Part shown: piece by piece, positions 12,301 to 27,221 of the stretch
Position numbering within the stretch: position 1 is the first letter of the stretch
Layout of the letters: each line of letters begins with the position of its first letter
Assembly: GCF_006345805.1 (NCBI RefSeq)
Contig: NC_042998.1
Coordinates: forward strand, 172,856,001-172,920,000
DNA from: Octopus sinensis
Taxonomy: Eukaryota
Reading direction: 5' to 3'
DNA: 64,000 nucleotides
Translations under genes and position numbers: made by a program
Notes under the pieces: generated by a model
What the model was told of the DNA's origin: nothing
Databases searched by the model: none
What the model saw: the letters and a program-made list of their open reading frames with translations, nothing else

Positions 12301-13052
12301 CACTAAATAGGTGGCATCAACTTCAGGGAGGTTGTTGTTGACTTTCACCTTTGACGTTCTTCTTCCCATATATACGGAGAAAAGAACCACCACCTCCGTT
12401 CTGAGGGTCTCCGAGGAGTACTTCTTGGCTGCTTCCTCTGACCTAAACCTCACTTCGATCGTTCCAAATCTTTTGCCACGGTCAATGTACGTAATATCAG
12501 GTCAAATGGGTTTGAGGCATTTTTCCACAATTTTCTCCCCTGTTTTATATATCAACCCCCCCCCAATGTTGTAGGTTTTATACAAGATTCTCCTACAGTT
12601 AACTATGTCAGTTGTTTCTTCCGGAGTGGCCACTTGAATTTCAGGCCCCTCTTTTTTTAGTATTGGCATGTATCGTTGCAGATTGCTCCTCTTCGTGTTT
12701 AACTGGGTTTCTTTTCTTCCCGCTACCTCAGCGAACTTTTTGGCGACACTGCCGGTGATTTTTTTCTCTTCAAAAAATTTAATTCTCTCAGCGTCACTGC
12801 CGGTGAAATTCTTTCTTCACCTGCTTCAGACACAGGTGAGTATGAAAATAGTTCAAGCAAAGAAGTTTCCATTTTTATTTCACAAAATTGGCTTAAAAAG
12901 CCAAAAGATATAATAACAATAATTCCTCTCAGGTGGGGAATTTCAACAATCAGCTTCCAAAAAGCAAACAACAGTTGTTTTCAACAAAACACTAATAATT
13001 CACCACAGTACTTCAACCAAATAAAACAACAGGAGGATAGCACTAAGAAATA
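9321..13052 (-). mobile_element. L1/Tx1-clade non-LTR retrotransposon; both ends present, RT core deleted
   Basis: ORF1 remnant (~12870 to 11554) has a CCHC knuckle CFSCGLKGHIRSEC. ORF2 starts at ATG 11550 (MSNIHVGCINVRGL) with APE motifs ILTETR, AIYAPT, LGDY, SYLD and GYWELN. RT domain-0 remnant (ELDGVSYELY) is fused near 10083 to the C-terminal region (AWQCYRGGLPVR...CLSC...ETVPHAIVQC). TSD 9306-9320 / 13053-13067 (14 of 15 identical). Confidence 0.85.
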
Positions 13053-13133
13053 TGAAGTTAAAAAATTATAAATTGGTCAAAATATTTCTTTTATATTTTT
13101 ATTTTTATAATTGGAAGATGCCAATTAAAATTT

Positions 13134-15340
<2,207 letters not shown>

Positions 15341-15342
15341 GT

Positions 15343-15603
15343 CCAACCAAATCGGACATCGGAAGGATAAGTAAGAACATTTTAGATATAATTATACCTG
15401 TATTAAAGAAAAAACTAAATTATAACCTATGGTTTAGTACAAGAGAAGTAATACCTTGGTTCCATTTATTACTCAATAAGACAAACTTATCATTTTTACA
15501 ATATGACACCAACAATTATTACGCATCAGTATCACCAATTTTAATAAATAAAGCTATAATTTTAGCCAAAAATAATACTGACATAACACCATCGGAAATT
15601 TGA
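15343..15603 (+). pseudogene. Inverted N-terminal PLE RT segment
   Basis: Plus strand reads PTKSDIGRISKNILD...LWFSTREVIPWF...FLQYDTNNYYASVS...KAIILAK, the PLE RT region before motif 4, in opposite orientation to the YRDD half. Confidence 0.8.
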
Positions 15604-15619
15604 TGGGAGGATTGTCTAT

Positions 15620-16418
15620 AAAATTTAAATTGGCATCTTCAAATTATAGAAATAAAAATATAAAAGATATATTTTGACCAGTTTATAATTTTATAACTTC
15701 CCATATAATTTGAAATATAATTTGATTTTGTATTATGAACTATATTTGGATTACCGGATAATATAATGAATTTTATACAAAAGTATTATGGATTGCTACA
15801 GAGGAATTACCAAAACAAAAGCATTATGGATTGCTACATAGGAATTACCAGGAAGACATGTGAATTTCAAGATTCTCATACTAAAGTATATACAAATTTA
15901 CACTTCTAAGCTAACTATATGAACTATATTTGGAATACAAGATAATATAACGGATTTTACATATGAATATTATGGATTATTGAAGAAGAATAACCAAGGA
16001 AGTATATGTGGATTTAATGACTCATCAAAAGCAGTAATTTTTAATTTTAATTTATCTTTCAAACAAACATCATTTTATAGTTTTACTTCAAATTTAAAAA
16101 AAACCTATCATTCGATATGTTATACAGAATCCAAATTTTATATCTCTGAAGAGCAGAAGCGTTGTCTATAAATACTTATCAAAGATAGGATTTCATTATA
16201 GGGACAACTTTTCTGTGAAACAATCGTAAGATGCTTTAAATAATTAATTCAAAACTTTTAAACTGTCATATATATTATATAATTATACTTATACATATTT
16301 ACATATATTTTTATACATATTTATATTTATTTATTTATATATTTTTAATACAACAATTATTTTTCAGATGTGTAAATCTTTCTGAGGTGTTTTGATATTT
16401 GTTTCCTAATATTAATAA

Positions 16419-16516
<98 letters not shown>

Positions 16517-17398
16517 ATGTATACATTTTTATGTTTCACTTTACGACAAATTTGGCAATAGTATAATCTTCAGTACACTACCGAGTATGGGAGTTCGTTG
16601 AAAGCTCCAACAGTGAATAAAATCTATCAGGATAAACGGTACACAAACTGTGATAGTAGGGATCTACTCACTGACTTTGCTTTACTCAACATTATCTAAA
16701 AATCAAAGAACAACATTACCCACAGAATTTTAGCTCTGTAAATATTCCAAACACAGTAAACAAAATACAAGGGTGCATTTCAATAAATAATTATTTACTA
16801 CTTGAGGAAAGTAACTTAAATTTCAGTGTAGATATTAGACTAGGCTTGCACAAGTCCTTCCTCAAATCCTTATTCTCCAATCGTCAAGTTGCTTTTTTTT
16901 CCATACTTCACGTCCATACGAGTATATGAAACTTTAGAACAAGATTGAGTGATTGTAATTTTTCGTTTGGGTACAATAGTAGATGAAACATAAGTTATAC
17001 CTCTCCTATGGTTAGTAATTATCTTTTAATGACTGTTCAGTGTCTTTACCTAAATTGTCGTGTTGAAAAATACCTAACAGATTGTGGTTAAATTGGTAAT
17101 TTACTTGATTGCTTTGTTAATTAAAGAACTGTAAACGAAAGAAATCCTACATGTGTACTAGATTTAGTTCATCATAGTGAAGGTGCGTGGCTTAGTGGTT
17201 AGGGCATTCGGCTCACGATTGTAAGGTTGTGAGTTCGATTCCCGCCGACGCGTTGAGCCCTTGAGCAAGGCACTTTATTTCTCGTTGCTCCAGTCCACTC
17301 AGCTGGCAAAAATGAGTTGTACCTGTATTTCAAAGGGCCTGCCATGTTAAACTCTGTGTCACCTTGAATCCCCCTGAGAACTACGTTAGGAGTACACG
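15620..17398 (+). repeat. Right arm of PLE-1 inverted repeat
   Basis: Reverse-complement match to 13056-13133 plus 7573-9320, without the Tx1 insertion. Confidence 0.9.
16141..16233 (+). ncRNA. Type I hammerhead ribozyme, PLE-1 copy 3
   Basis: TATCT, CTGAAGA (16146-16152), 64-nt rod-like stem II, GAAA (16217-16220), CAATC, GTA, AGATG. Confidence 0.65.
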
Positions 17399-17500
17399 TG
17401 TCTGTGGATTGCTCAGTCACTTGTACTTTAATTTCACGAGCAAGCTGTTCTTTTGATCGTATCAGCTGGGACCCTCGTCGTCGTAACTGACGGAGTGCTC
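17182..17500 (+). mobile_element. SINE S1, full-length
   Basis: tRNA-like head GGTGCGTGGCTTAGTGGTTAGGG...GAGTTCGATTCCC, core CCTTGAGCAAGGCACTTTATTTC, complete 3' part. Confidence 0.85.
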
Positions 17501-18721
17501 CTTAGTTCATCATATGTGTGAAGACAGGAATTCAGATCAATTCTCAGCAAATGAATTCTAAAAACGTGTTGTTTCTAAAGAACGTGCTACTCATTGACAA
17601 TTACTAAAATGCAAATTTGGATTCAGAAAAATATCGAAAATATAGGCATGGTGAATTATGTAATCTATTGATTTCTTAAATAGTCACAAAGCATCGAGCT
17701 TGTTTTTGATGGGAAGCAATATTCTGAGGTGTTTACGGCTTTTCAAGAGTATTAGTGAAGTAGGTGGATTGAAATTCTTTCGTAGTAGATTTTGAAATTG
17801 CATTCTTGAAGGTTATTTTTCAGTGCAAAGAAATATGTAATATACAGACACACACACATACGCATATACACACACGCACATAAACACACACAAACACACA
17901 CACACATACGCACACACACATATATATATATATAAACTGAAAATAAAATGAATTCCAAAAGACAAATCTATAAAATAAAATGAATTCTAAAATACAAATC
18001 TATAACTACATGATTAGTTTTAAAGAGTGTTCAGATGTACTCATGCATATATGCATGTACGTGTAAAAGTGCACAGACACTTTGATTCACATACACACAT
18101 ACACACACACACGCACAAATAACTGCAAAAGGCATACATAGAATTTCATCCACATGGAAATGCGCATACACTTACACACAATACTCACACACATACACAC
18201 AAAAATAACTACAAAACGCAGACATAGCTGTTCTCTTACCTTGATAACTTTAGATTTTGCTGAACGGGAGACATTTCTGTAAAGATAAGATGAATATTAA
18301 ATCCACTGTGAAAAATTTCAAAAACTCTTTTCAGTATACAAATTAAAGAGCAATTGGGTCAATTCATTCGATTAAAAATTGGTGCCCCAACATGGCCGCA
18401 GTCTAATGACTGAAACATGTAAAATGAAAAAAAAAAGAAATGTGGTTGGTGAGTTCTAGGTGTGTTGAATTTTCTCTAAAAGATTAAAATCGACTCAAGT
18501 ATAATGAAAATAAATCGCATTTAATTATCTGAACGATGACTAGTATAAATGGTATAATGAACAGTAGGATATGAGGAAAGCAGTGATGGTTTGCTTCGAC
18601 AACTAATGTGTATAAGCAATTGAAGGGTGGATCAAATTGGCTTACAGTGAAGAAGGAAAAAAATCTAATCTTTCCACTGTAACGAAATTGTGAAAAAGCT
18701 AGATTTTCAGCTGTCGTTTTA

Positions 18722-19100
18722 TCTTTTATCATTTACTTGTTTCAATCATTAGACTGCAGCCATGCTGGGGCACCACCTTAAAGAATGTTTTAGTTGAATG
18801 ATTTGATCCCAGTATTTATTTACTTTTTAAAGCCTGGTACCTATTCTGTCGGTTTTCTTGGGCGTAAACAAATCGGTTGTCAAACGGTGAGGGGGTAAAC
18901 ACAGACACAAAGACTCATATATATATATATATATATATTTAGGACTTGTTTCTTTCAGTTACCGTCTACCAAATGCACTCAAAAAGCTTTGGTTGGCCCG
19001 AGGCTGTAGAAGACACTTGTCCAGGATGCCACACACTGAGAAAAAATCAAGAGCGATGTGGTTAGGAATCAGACTCCTTACCAAACAGCCACGCCTGACC
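18722..19100 (-). mobile_element. SINE S3, diverged (a short S3 3' end also lies at ~18355-18425)
   Basis: Reverse-complement similarity to 6891-7308. Confidence 0.75.
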
Positions 19101-20902
19101 CTATGTTAAAAAACTCATAAATCATACATGTACTGAGTAATAATTATTTTTACCTAGAATGGGAACAATGTCTAGCTACTGAGAGTGTCTTATTTCAAGT
19201 AACGAATTATAATATCTTAATGTGGCAAGTGATATTGTTACTGCAGTGAAGTAAATCTCACTAGATTGATACTCATTGTTGCTGAAAATATTTTGGATAT
19301 TTTGTTCAAAGCAAATATCACTAAGTATATATTTAAGCCACTAAGTAGATTTGTTTGTATCTTAGAATTCGATTCTGTTTTGGTGCTATTTCATGTAGTG
19401 TATGTCATTAGCTTTTCCTGAGAAAAGTATAGGCTTAATAACTCATCTTCTTAGATAAAGAGAGTTAAATACTTAATAATAGCTATTCAAAATAAATATT
19501 CTATTATTTGATAATTAGTTCTCTTCGTTTCACCATCATATAAAGTAAATAGTACTTTTCCAGTTTATTAATTCAATTCCTACCTGAGTCGACAGTGTTC
19601 AATACTTGTCTCTCCTCATTTGGTTTCCGTCTCTATACAGAGTAAATGACAACGATACGATACTTAGTTTATTTATTCAATCTTAATATAAAGACATTCA
19701 AACATGGCTGCAAATCGTTAACTACCCTATTAGATTCTGACCCACCATAGAATTATACCTTTTCTTTGTGTCTCTTTTACTAATTTTGTTTTCTAGTCAT
19801 TATTTTATTCATCACCTGGGATTAAAGCATAACTAAGGTAAATAACATTTGCATTATTGATAAAGCGTTAGTAGCCAATGACCTGCTTCCTTCAATTAAT
19901 TTTTATGTGTCATCACGTTCTTTAGAAGGACATCTTTGAAAAAGGTTATCAAGGTGTGTTGAGAATACTTTAGATTTCATGATTTTGTTTTTTCTTGTGT
20001 CTATGTAGGAATATATTATATCACGGCTTCCCCAAGTGAAAATAAGTAAAAATCAGTAGTAACTAGAAAGACAAAAGGAAAAAGAAAAACAGGTCGACAG
20101 TGGCCTTTATTTTTATATACTACCTATATTCAACTGAAGTGATTCGTTGAGACAAAATACCGGTAATGTACTGCTTCCCGATTAAATCACATTACCGGTA
20201 ATTAGTTACACTCCGTTAAACCCGGGAAGGGGCCATTGTGATGAGAAGACAGCAATACTAATATGATTATCAGAAACACCATGCATAATCTGAGAGACTT
20301 TTGTTTTATATGTCTGTCAGATCACGAAACCACGTGTTATACACTTAATGGCAAATTAACGATGCTGTTCATTGCATTCTAATAGTTAGTGAAAACTTTT
20401 GATCTCAGCATACAAGCAGTCTAATAAAAACGTGATCAACTATACAATGATTCCACTGAATTTTACTTCATATTATACATTTACATATTTATAGCTATAG
20501 AAATTAAGTGTCATAAGACAGCAACACTGGCAACAAAATGTGAACTGTTTATATTTCAGCTACTTGAGGGGAATCTTCCCGACTAAGCTATCTTCAGACA
20601 TTGAAATATCGATTTTCTTTTACTCGCCCTAAGCCTGTCGTGTCGTACGGTTAACTGGACCAATTACATTATTATTTCTTTCTTTTGAAAGAAATAATAT
20701 CGTTCATCGACCCCTGAATGGTGAAAGCAGACATCCAGGAGAGATTTGAACAAAGAACGCAAATAGATTAGTACTGTTAATTTTGCTTTTATTCAGTTCG
20801 TCTACCATTTCTGCCATCTAATCAGTATTAGAATAACAACTAATTCGAAGACATATATATGAAGTTAATAGAAAAAAATCATTAAGAATATCATGCAACT
20901 TA

Positions 20903-21310
20903 TAGGCATAGGAGTGGCTGTGTGGTAAGTAGCTTGCTTACGAACCACATGGTTCTAGGTTCAGTCCCACTGCGTGGCACCTTGGGCAAGTGTCTTTTAC
21001 TATATTCTCGGGCCGACCAAAGCCTTGTGAGTGGATTTGGTAGACGGAAACTGAAAGAAGCCCGTCATAATATGTATGCATGTGTATATGTTTGTGTGTC
21101 TGTGTTTGTCCCCACAACATCGCTTGACAACCGATGCTGGTGTGATTACATTCCCCGTAACTTAGCGGTTCGGCAAAAAAGATCGATAGAATAAGAACTA
21201 GGCCTACAAAGAATAAGTCCTTGTGTCGATTTGCTCGACTAAAGGCGGTGCTCCAGCATGGCCACAGTCAAATGACTGAAACAAGTAAAAGAGTAAAAGA
21301 GTAACAGAGT
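20903..21310 (+). mobile_element. SINE S3, full-length
   Basis: Colinear with 6891-7308; ends in an AAAAGAGT-repeat tail. Confidence 0.85.
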
Positions 21311-22379
21311 AACTTAGTATTATCCGTTAACCATTAAAAACAAAAACAAAGAAATAACATTTTTATCATTCCTGTTGCAAGAATAACATGAAATTATCCA
21401 ATTGACCGATGGCAATTCTAAATTGTGCCCTTAACAATGCGCAAGAAAAACTAAACTATTCAGCACTTTCTGCTTATCATAACAGTCTTTTGTCAATGAT
21501 TCAATATTATATGAGAAGTAGATTTACTTAGCCAAATGGTATATCGTGGATATCCGCAATGAAATGTTTAAATAAACACAATGAGAAGAAATACAAATCA
21601 CTATACATTAAAGTTTCTAAACAGTCTGTAGCTGCTGATTACCATTATAACATTAGTGAATTGATTAGAGAGGCACGCCTAGCCGCATTCCATGAAAAAT
21701 TACATAATGCGCGTCACGGTTTTCGTTAAATTAAAATCGATAAGTAATTTATTACATGGTGATTTCATGAACTGTTTGGTGATATCAGTAGCGAAAATTT
21801 CGGGACAAAGTGAATAAAACTATAAGTAAAATACTCAAATTTCGCTAGAATATATAATATACATATGATATCTTTTTTCTATTATATTGTTTATATAGCC
21901 GTACATGTTTACAACACGTAACTAAGAGTGACGGCTCTCAATTCTATAGAAAATCTACAGAATATCTGAAAATGAAATCAAAATACTGTTAGCATACGGT
22001 TGGATAACATTGACTTAATAAACTTAATAAATACATACATACGTACGTAGATGCGTATGTATACACACACACACAAACACACATGTATGTATGTATGTAT
22101 GTATGTATGTATGTATGTATGTATGTATGTATGTATGTATGTATGTATCTAATTATCTATATATCTATATAAGATTCGGAAAGCTCATTTATTCGGTATG
22201 TAAAATGTGATTGACAATGTAAAGCAGATACGAAATATTGTAATTCGCCTCTGTATGGAAATGCTGTGTCCTGTTTTTTTTTATGTTGATATCATCATTA
22301 TTCATTCATTCTTGAAACGCAAGGTGTAAAATATTTAGAAGAATGGAATGAAAAATGCGCAGTAGCCTCTAGCATTCTA

Positions 22380-23715
22380 TCAGGTTGAGTAAAAGGAAGC
22401 AACGCTTTGGACCATGAAGAATTTGTAGCGGATTTTTGCAGAGTTCTGAAAAGAAAACTTTTCGCAATTATCTGATAATACAGACATAGACTTGTTCAAA
22501 TGCATCAATAAGTTAACATAGATATTTTTCTCACTTTTGTTACAATCATCTGCAATGGAATGTCAAAGTGCAGCATTCGAGCAACTTTGTTATTCAACTT
22601 CAAAAAAGGACGTAAAGCAGCTGAAACTGCTCCCGATATCAACGAAATATTTGGTGAAGAAATGACCAGTGGGTGGTCAACTCGAAAATGGTTTAAACGA
22701 TTTCGCAGTGGAGACCTGAGCCTTGAAGACCGTGAGCGTAGCGGACGCCCATCTGTCATCGTTGATGGTGAATTAAAGACCGTCATTGAGACAGATCCAC
22801 GTAAAACCACCCGAGAACTGGCAAAAGAACTTCAAATTAGCCAGAAAACTACCTGCAACGTTGCATGCGATCGGAAAATTAAAAAAAGTGGAATCAAAAA
22901 TGTGCAATCGCTCTCGAGCATTCTATCAGGTGGAGTGAAAGGTAAGCAAGCAACGATTTGGACCATGAAGAATATTTTTAAAACATTTTTTTGAAATTGT
23001 CTGATAATACAAATGGCTACCACACAATTTGAATGAAAATCAGAAAATGCGCAGATATTAAATTTGCTCGTCGTTTCTTCTCCGTCATCAGACCGATCCA
23101 TTTCTCGACCGTATTGTAACCTGCGATGAAAAGTGGATTCTTTACAATTTTGGTTGGACCAAGATGGAGCACCGAAAACCTTCCCTAATCCCGAGCTCTT
23201 CAAAAAGAAGGTTATGGTTACTGTTTGGAGGTGTACTGCTGGACTCCTGCACTATGACTTCTTAAAACCCGGAAAAGCCATTACTACAGAAACTTATTGC
23301 CATGAAATAGCCACAATGAACGAAAATCTGCTACTCCTCCGTCTCAGACTGGTCAAAAGAAGAGAGCAAATAATTCCACGCTCCATTAATGGGGGGAGCT
23401 TGGCTACGAAGTTCTTCCCACACAGCTCATTCCCCAGATGTTTCTCCTACTGACTACCACTTTTTCAAGTATCTTGATGGTTTCCTGCGAGAGAAGGAGC
23501 TAAAAAAATCAAACCGATGCTGAAAGTTCGTTCAAAGAGTTCAACAACTCCAGAACTCCAGATCGTTATGTTACCAGAATAAACAAACGTGTAACCCATT
23601 GGCAAAAAATGTGTTGATGGTAATGATACTTTGATGAATAAAATTTCCGCATTGTTGAATTTCATTGCGACGAATTTCCTGTTTCAAAACGTTGCTTACG
23701 TTTTACTCAGCCTGA
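22380..23715 (+). mobile_element. Mariner (Hsmar1/cecropia-like) DNA transposon, defective
   Basis: TA-flanked TIRs TCAGGTTGAGTAAAAGGAAGCAACG / CGTTGCTTACGTTTTACTCAGCCTGA. Transposase pieces: FKKGRKAAET...WFKRFRSGDLSLED.ERSGRP, KWLPHNL, FLDRIVTCDEKW, KKVMVTVW, SPDVSPTDYHFFK. The second catalytic Asp region (HDNARPH) is deleted, and there are frameshifts. Confidence 0.9.
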
Positions 23716-23844
23716 TATAATTTCAAAATTACATGGAATTTATGATTCGAATTAGCAGTAACCTATAATTAGTCTTATGGTTGTCACTACTTTATCGTTA
23801 AAGATGGTTTGTTTCCGAATCTGGCCTTTATAATTATTTTCTAT

Positions 23845-24535
<691 letters not shown>

Positions 24536-25325
24536 TCATTGTAGAAAAATGTCATAGAAAGCGCAGTCTACCTTCCAGACACAATATTTTGCTGGAAGCA
24601 TTTCGGTTTATATAATGAGTCTAATGCCGAAGGAAAAGCGTGACATATACACCTTTTATTTTCCATTTTAAAATCTCAGATATCTGGCTGTTTAGAAGAA
24701 AATAGCAACACTATTAGTTCTGTTATTATATCGTAGACGATAGAATAAGTATTAATAGTTATCGCCAAGCTAACATGGGAGTCCAGAAAAATAGGAGGAA
24801 TCCTGCTGTTGATTAGCTCCAAGAGGTTAGCTATGTGACACACAAACCTGTGTCCATTATAACCTTCGAACAGGGGAGGTCAGCAGCTTCCCCTTGCTGG
24901 TCTGGCATCCACAGACTAGTTTCGAGGTGCTTGCCTCTTGTCAATGTGGAGTAGCCGAACCAGCAGGCGTCACTGCTGATCGACTATTCGGAGGATTATT
25001 TACCTATATTCAGTGGAATAGATTCACTGGTTTTCAAAAATAGAAATATTATTTCTAATTCTCTCTAAAGGAGACAATGGCAGCGATACTGGATATTAAT
25101 AGTTATCGCCAAGCTAACATGGTAGTCCAGAAAAACAGGACGAATGCTGCCGTTGATTAACTCCAAGAGGCCATCGCCTCTAGCTAGCTATGTGACACAC
25201 AACCCTAAATTCCACGGAATAATGACTGAAACAAATAAAAGATTAAAAAATAGTTGCTAGGGGTGTAGAAATTCTGTTATGCTTTTTGGAAAAATGTCTT
25301 TGGTATGTTTGGTATGTCTTTGGTA

Positions 25326-25557
25326 TGTGAGCTGGCAGAAACGCTAGTCCGTCGGCCGAAATGCTTCACAGTATTTTGTCTGTCTTTACGTTCTGAGTTC
25401 AAATTCTGCCGAGGTCGACTTTGTCTTTCATCCTTTCGGGGTCGATTAAATAAGTACCAGTTACGCACTGGGGTCGATGTAATCGACTTAATCCGTGTGT
25501 CTATCCTTGTTTGTCCCCTCTGTGTTTATCCCCTTGTGGGTAGTAAAGAAATAGGTA
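25326..25557 (+). mobile_element. SINE S2
   Basis: Matches 3549-3688 and the reverse complement of 39466-39690. Confidence 0.85.
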
Positions 25558-26459
25558 CGTTTCTCACTTTTTGTTAGAACCATTTCAGCATTTCTCTAAT
25601 TTCCTCATAATTAAATCGATTTTATGATTCATGGTAGCACGAACCTATAATTAGTTTTAAGATGTTCACAACTCTATTGACATCATTGGTTTGTTTCCAA
25701 ATTCAACCTTTAGTATTCAAACTGTCCATTGTGAAAGAATTTGTTAGAAAGCTAAATCTACCATCCAGATGCAATATTTTGTGGGAAAAACTTCGATTCA
25801 TATAATGCATCTAATATCTGAAAGAAGCATGAAATTCACTATGACAATTTTTATTTCTCATTACGTCATTGTCAGAAGTATTCATTTAATAACTATTTTA
25901 GTGGGAAATAAGATACCATAATATCAGATATGTTGCCATTATAAAGAAAAGAAAAACGAAAAACAAAAAAAAATAGTTGCTGAGTTACGTTCTTCGGGAA
26001 AAATATCTTTGGTTCGTTTCTGACTCTCTTTTAAAACTGCTTAAATCTTTCAAATAATCTTCACGGGACCTGTAGATATGTGATATCCCGTTTCATTGTT
26101 GTTATCCATCCAAATTACTAATTCGATGTAAGAAATATTTCATTAAAACTATTATAGCATAAAATAATACTTGGAACAGTACATGTTATTTCTTGACAGT
26201 TTCCATATTTCTTGTTAGAAGTAGCAAACACTGTTCTGCCAATAGATATTTAGGAAAGACATTTCGGGAGAAGGCCCATAATTTCGTGTGACAAACGGAT
26301 TTCACTGCTTGGTGGACAAATATACAAAGAAACAAAAGAGACGAAAAAGAAATAGTTAAGAAAAAGACTATTAAAACATTGACTGAATTGATGAAACGAA
26401 GCTGAATTTAAGCATAAAAATTTTATATTGGTTGAAAGAGAAAAAAAATCAGAACTTAC

Positions 26460-27131
26460 TATTCAACTTTCTATACTCCGAGGCAATTGTTTTGCATTCC
26501 TCTTCCGCAACCTCGTCGTCCTTATTTTCCTGCTCTTGCTCCTGCTCCGGTTCTTCCTCATTCTCTTCTTCTCCGTTCTTCTTATCATCGTCCCCTACCT
26601 CATCTTCATTTTCCTTTATGTAATTATGTAATACAGTATCCTTAATAAATTTTTGAGCTTCTTTCTGCCCTTCACTGTTATGCTTCAATGCAGTCGATAC
26701 AGTTTTTCTCTGCGGTGATCGTGGAGAGCCGTTATTTTTACATTTGATTTTGTTGACTCCAAAATTTGACCCATATGCTCGATGAGTTACTTTCCCATTT
26801 CGAAGTTCGACAGTATCAGCAAGAGGTCTCGATTCTAATTGCTTGCATATCTGGTTTACACGACCAAACCTTTCGGTCGGAACTCTTGGCGAACAACTAT
26901 CATTTCTAGGAAGAGGTCGAGGCGGTTTTGGAACCCTATTTGTTGAGGAATGGGAATGCTCAGTAATCCTTACAGGTTTTGGGTTTTCTTCGAATATATC
27001 TTGGTCGGATGTATTCATTTTAAAAATTATTTTGGTAGAAAATAAGATACAATGATATTTTCTCAAAAATTCCTTTTTGTATTTCTTATTTTTGATTGCA
27101 CGGTTATTTATACCTGTTTTCATCCAGGATT
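26460..27131 (-). CDS. Candidate host exon; proline-rich then acidic, probably disordered N-terminal region of an unidentified protein
   Basis: 672-bp open exon between acceptor TTATTATTTGCAG (AG at 27133-27132) and donor A|GTAAGT (GT at 26459-26458). In-frame ATGs at 27123 and 27018 (MNTSDQDIFEENPKP...KPPRPLPR...EENEEEPEQEQEQE...EYRKLN). No transposon motifs. Protein not recognised. Confidence 0.65.
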
Positions 27132-27151
27132 CTGCAAATAATAACAACAGA

Positions 27152-27221
<70 letters not shown>

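Noticed and set aside
19584-19632. Possible 49-nt minus-strand exon (TATAG acceptor, CAG|GTAGG donor; RRKPNEERQVLNTVDS)
   Set aside because: Its phase (0 to 1) does not chain with the 672-bp exon, which ends in phase 1; it needs RNA-seq support.
25989-26069. Possible 81-nt minus-strand exon (SREDYLKDLSSFKRE...)
   Set aside because: It is open only as phase 2-2, which is incompatible with the strong upstream donor. The resemblance to a DH-domain start is too weak.
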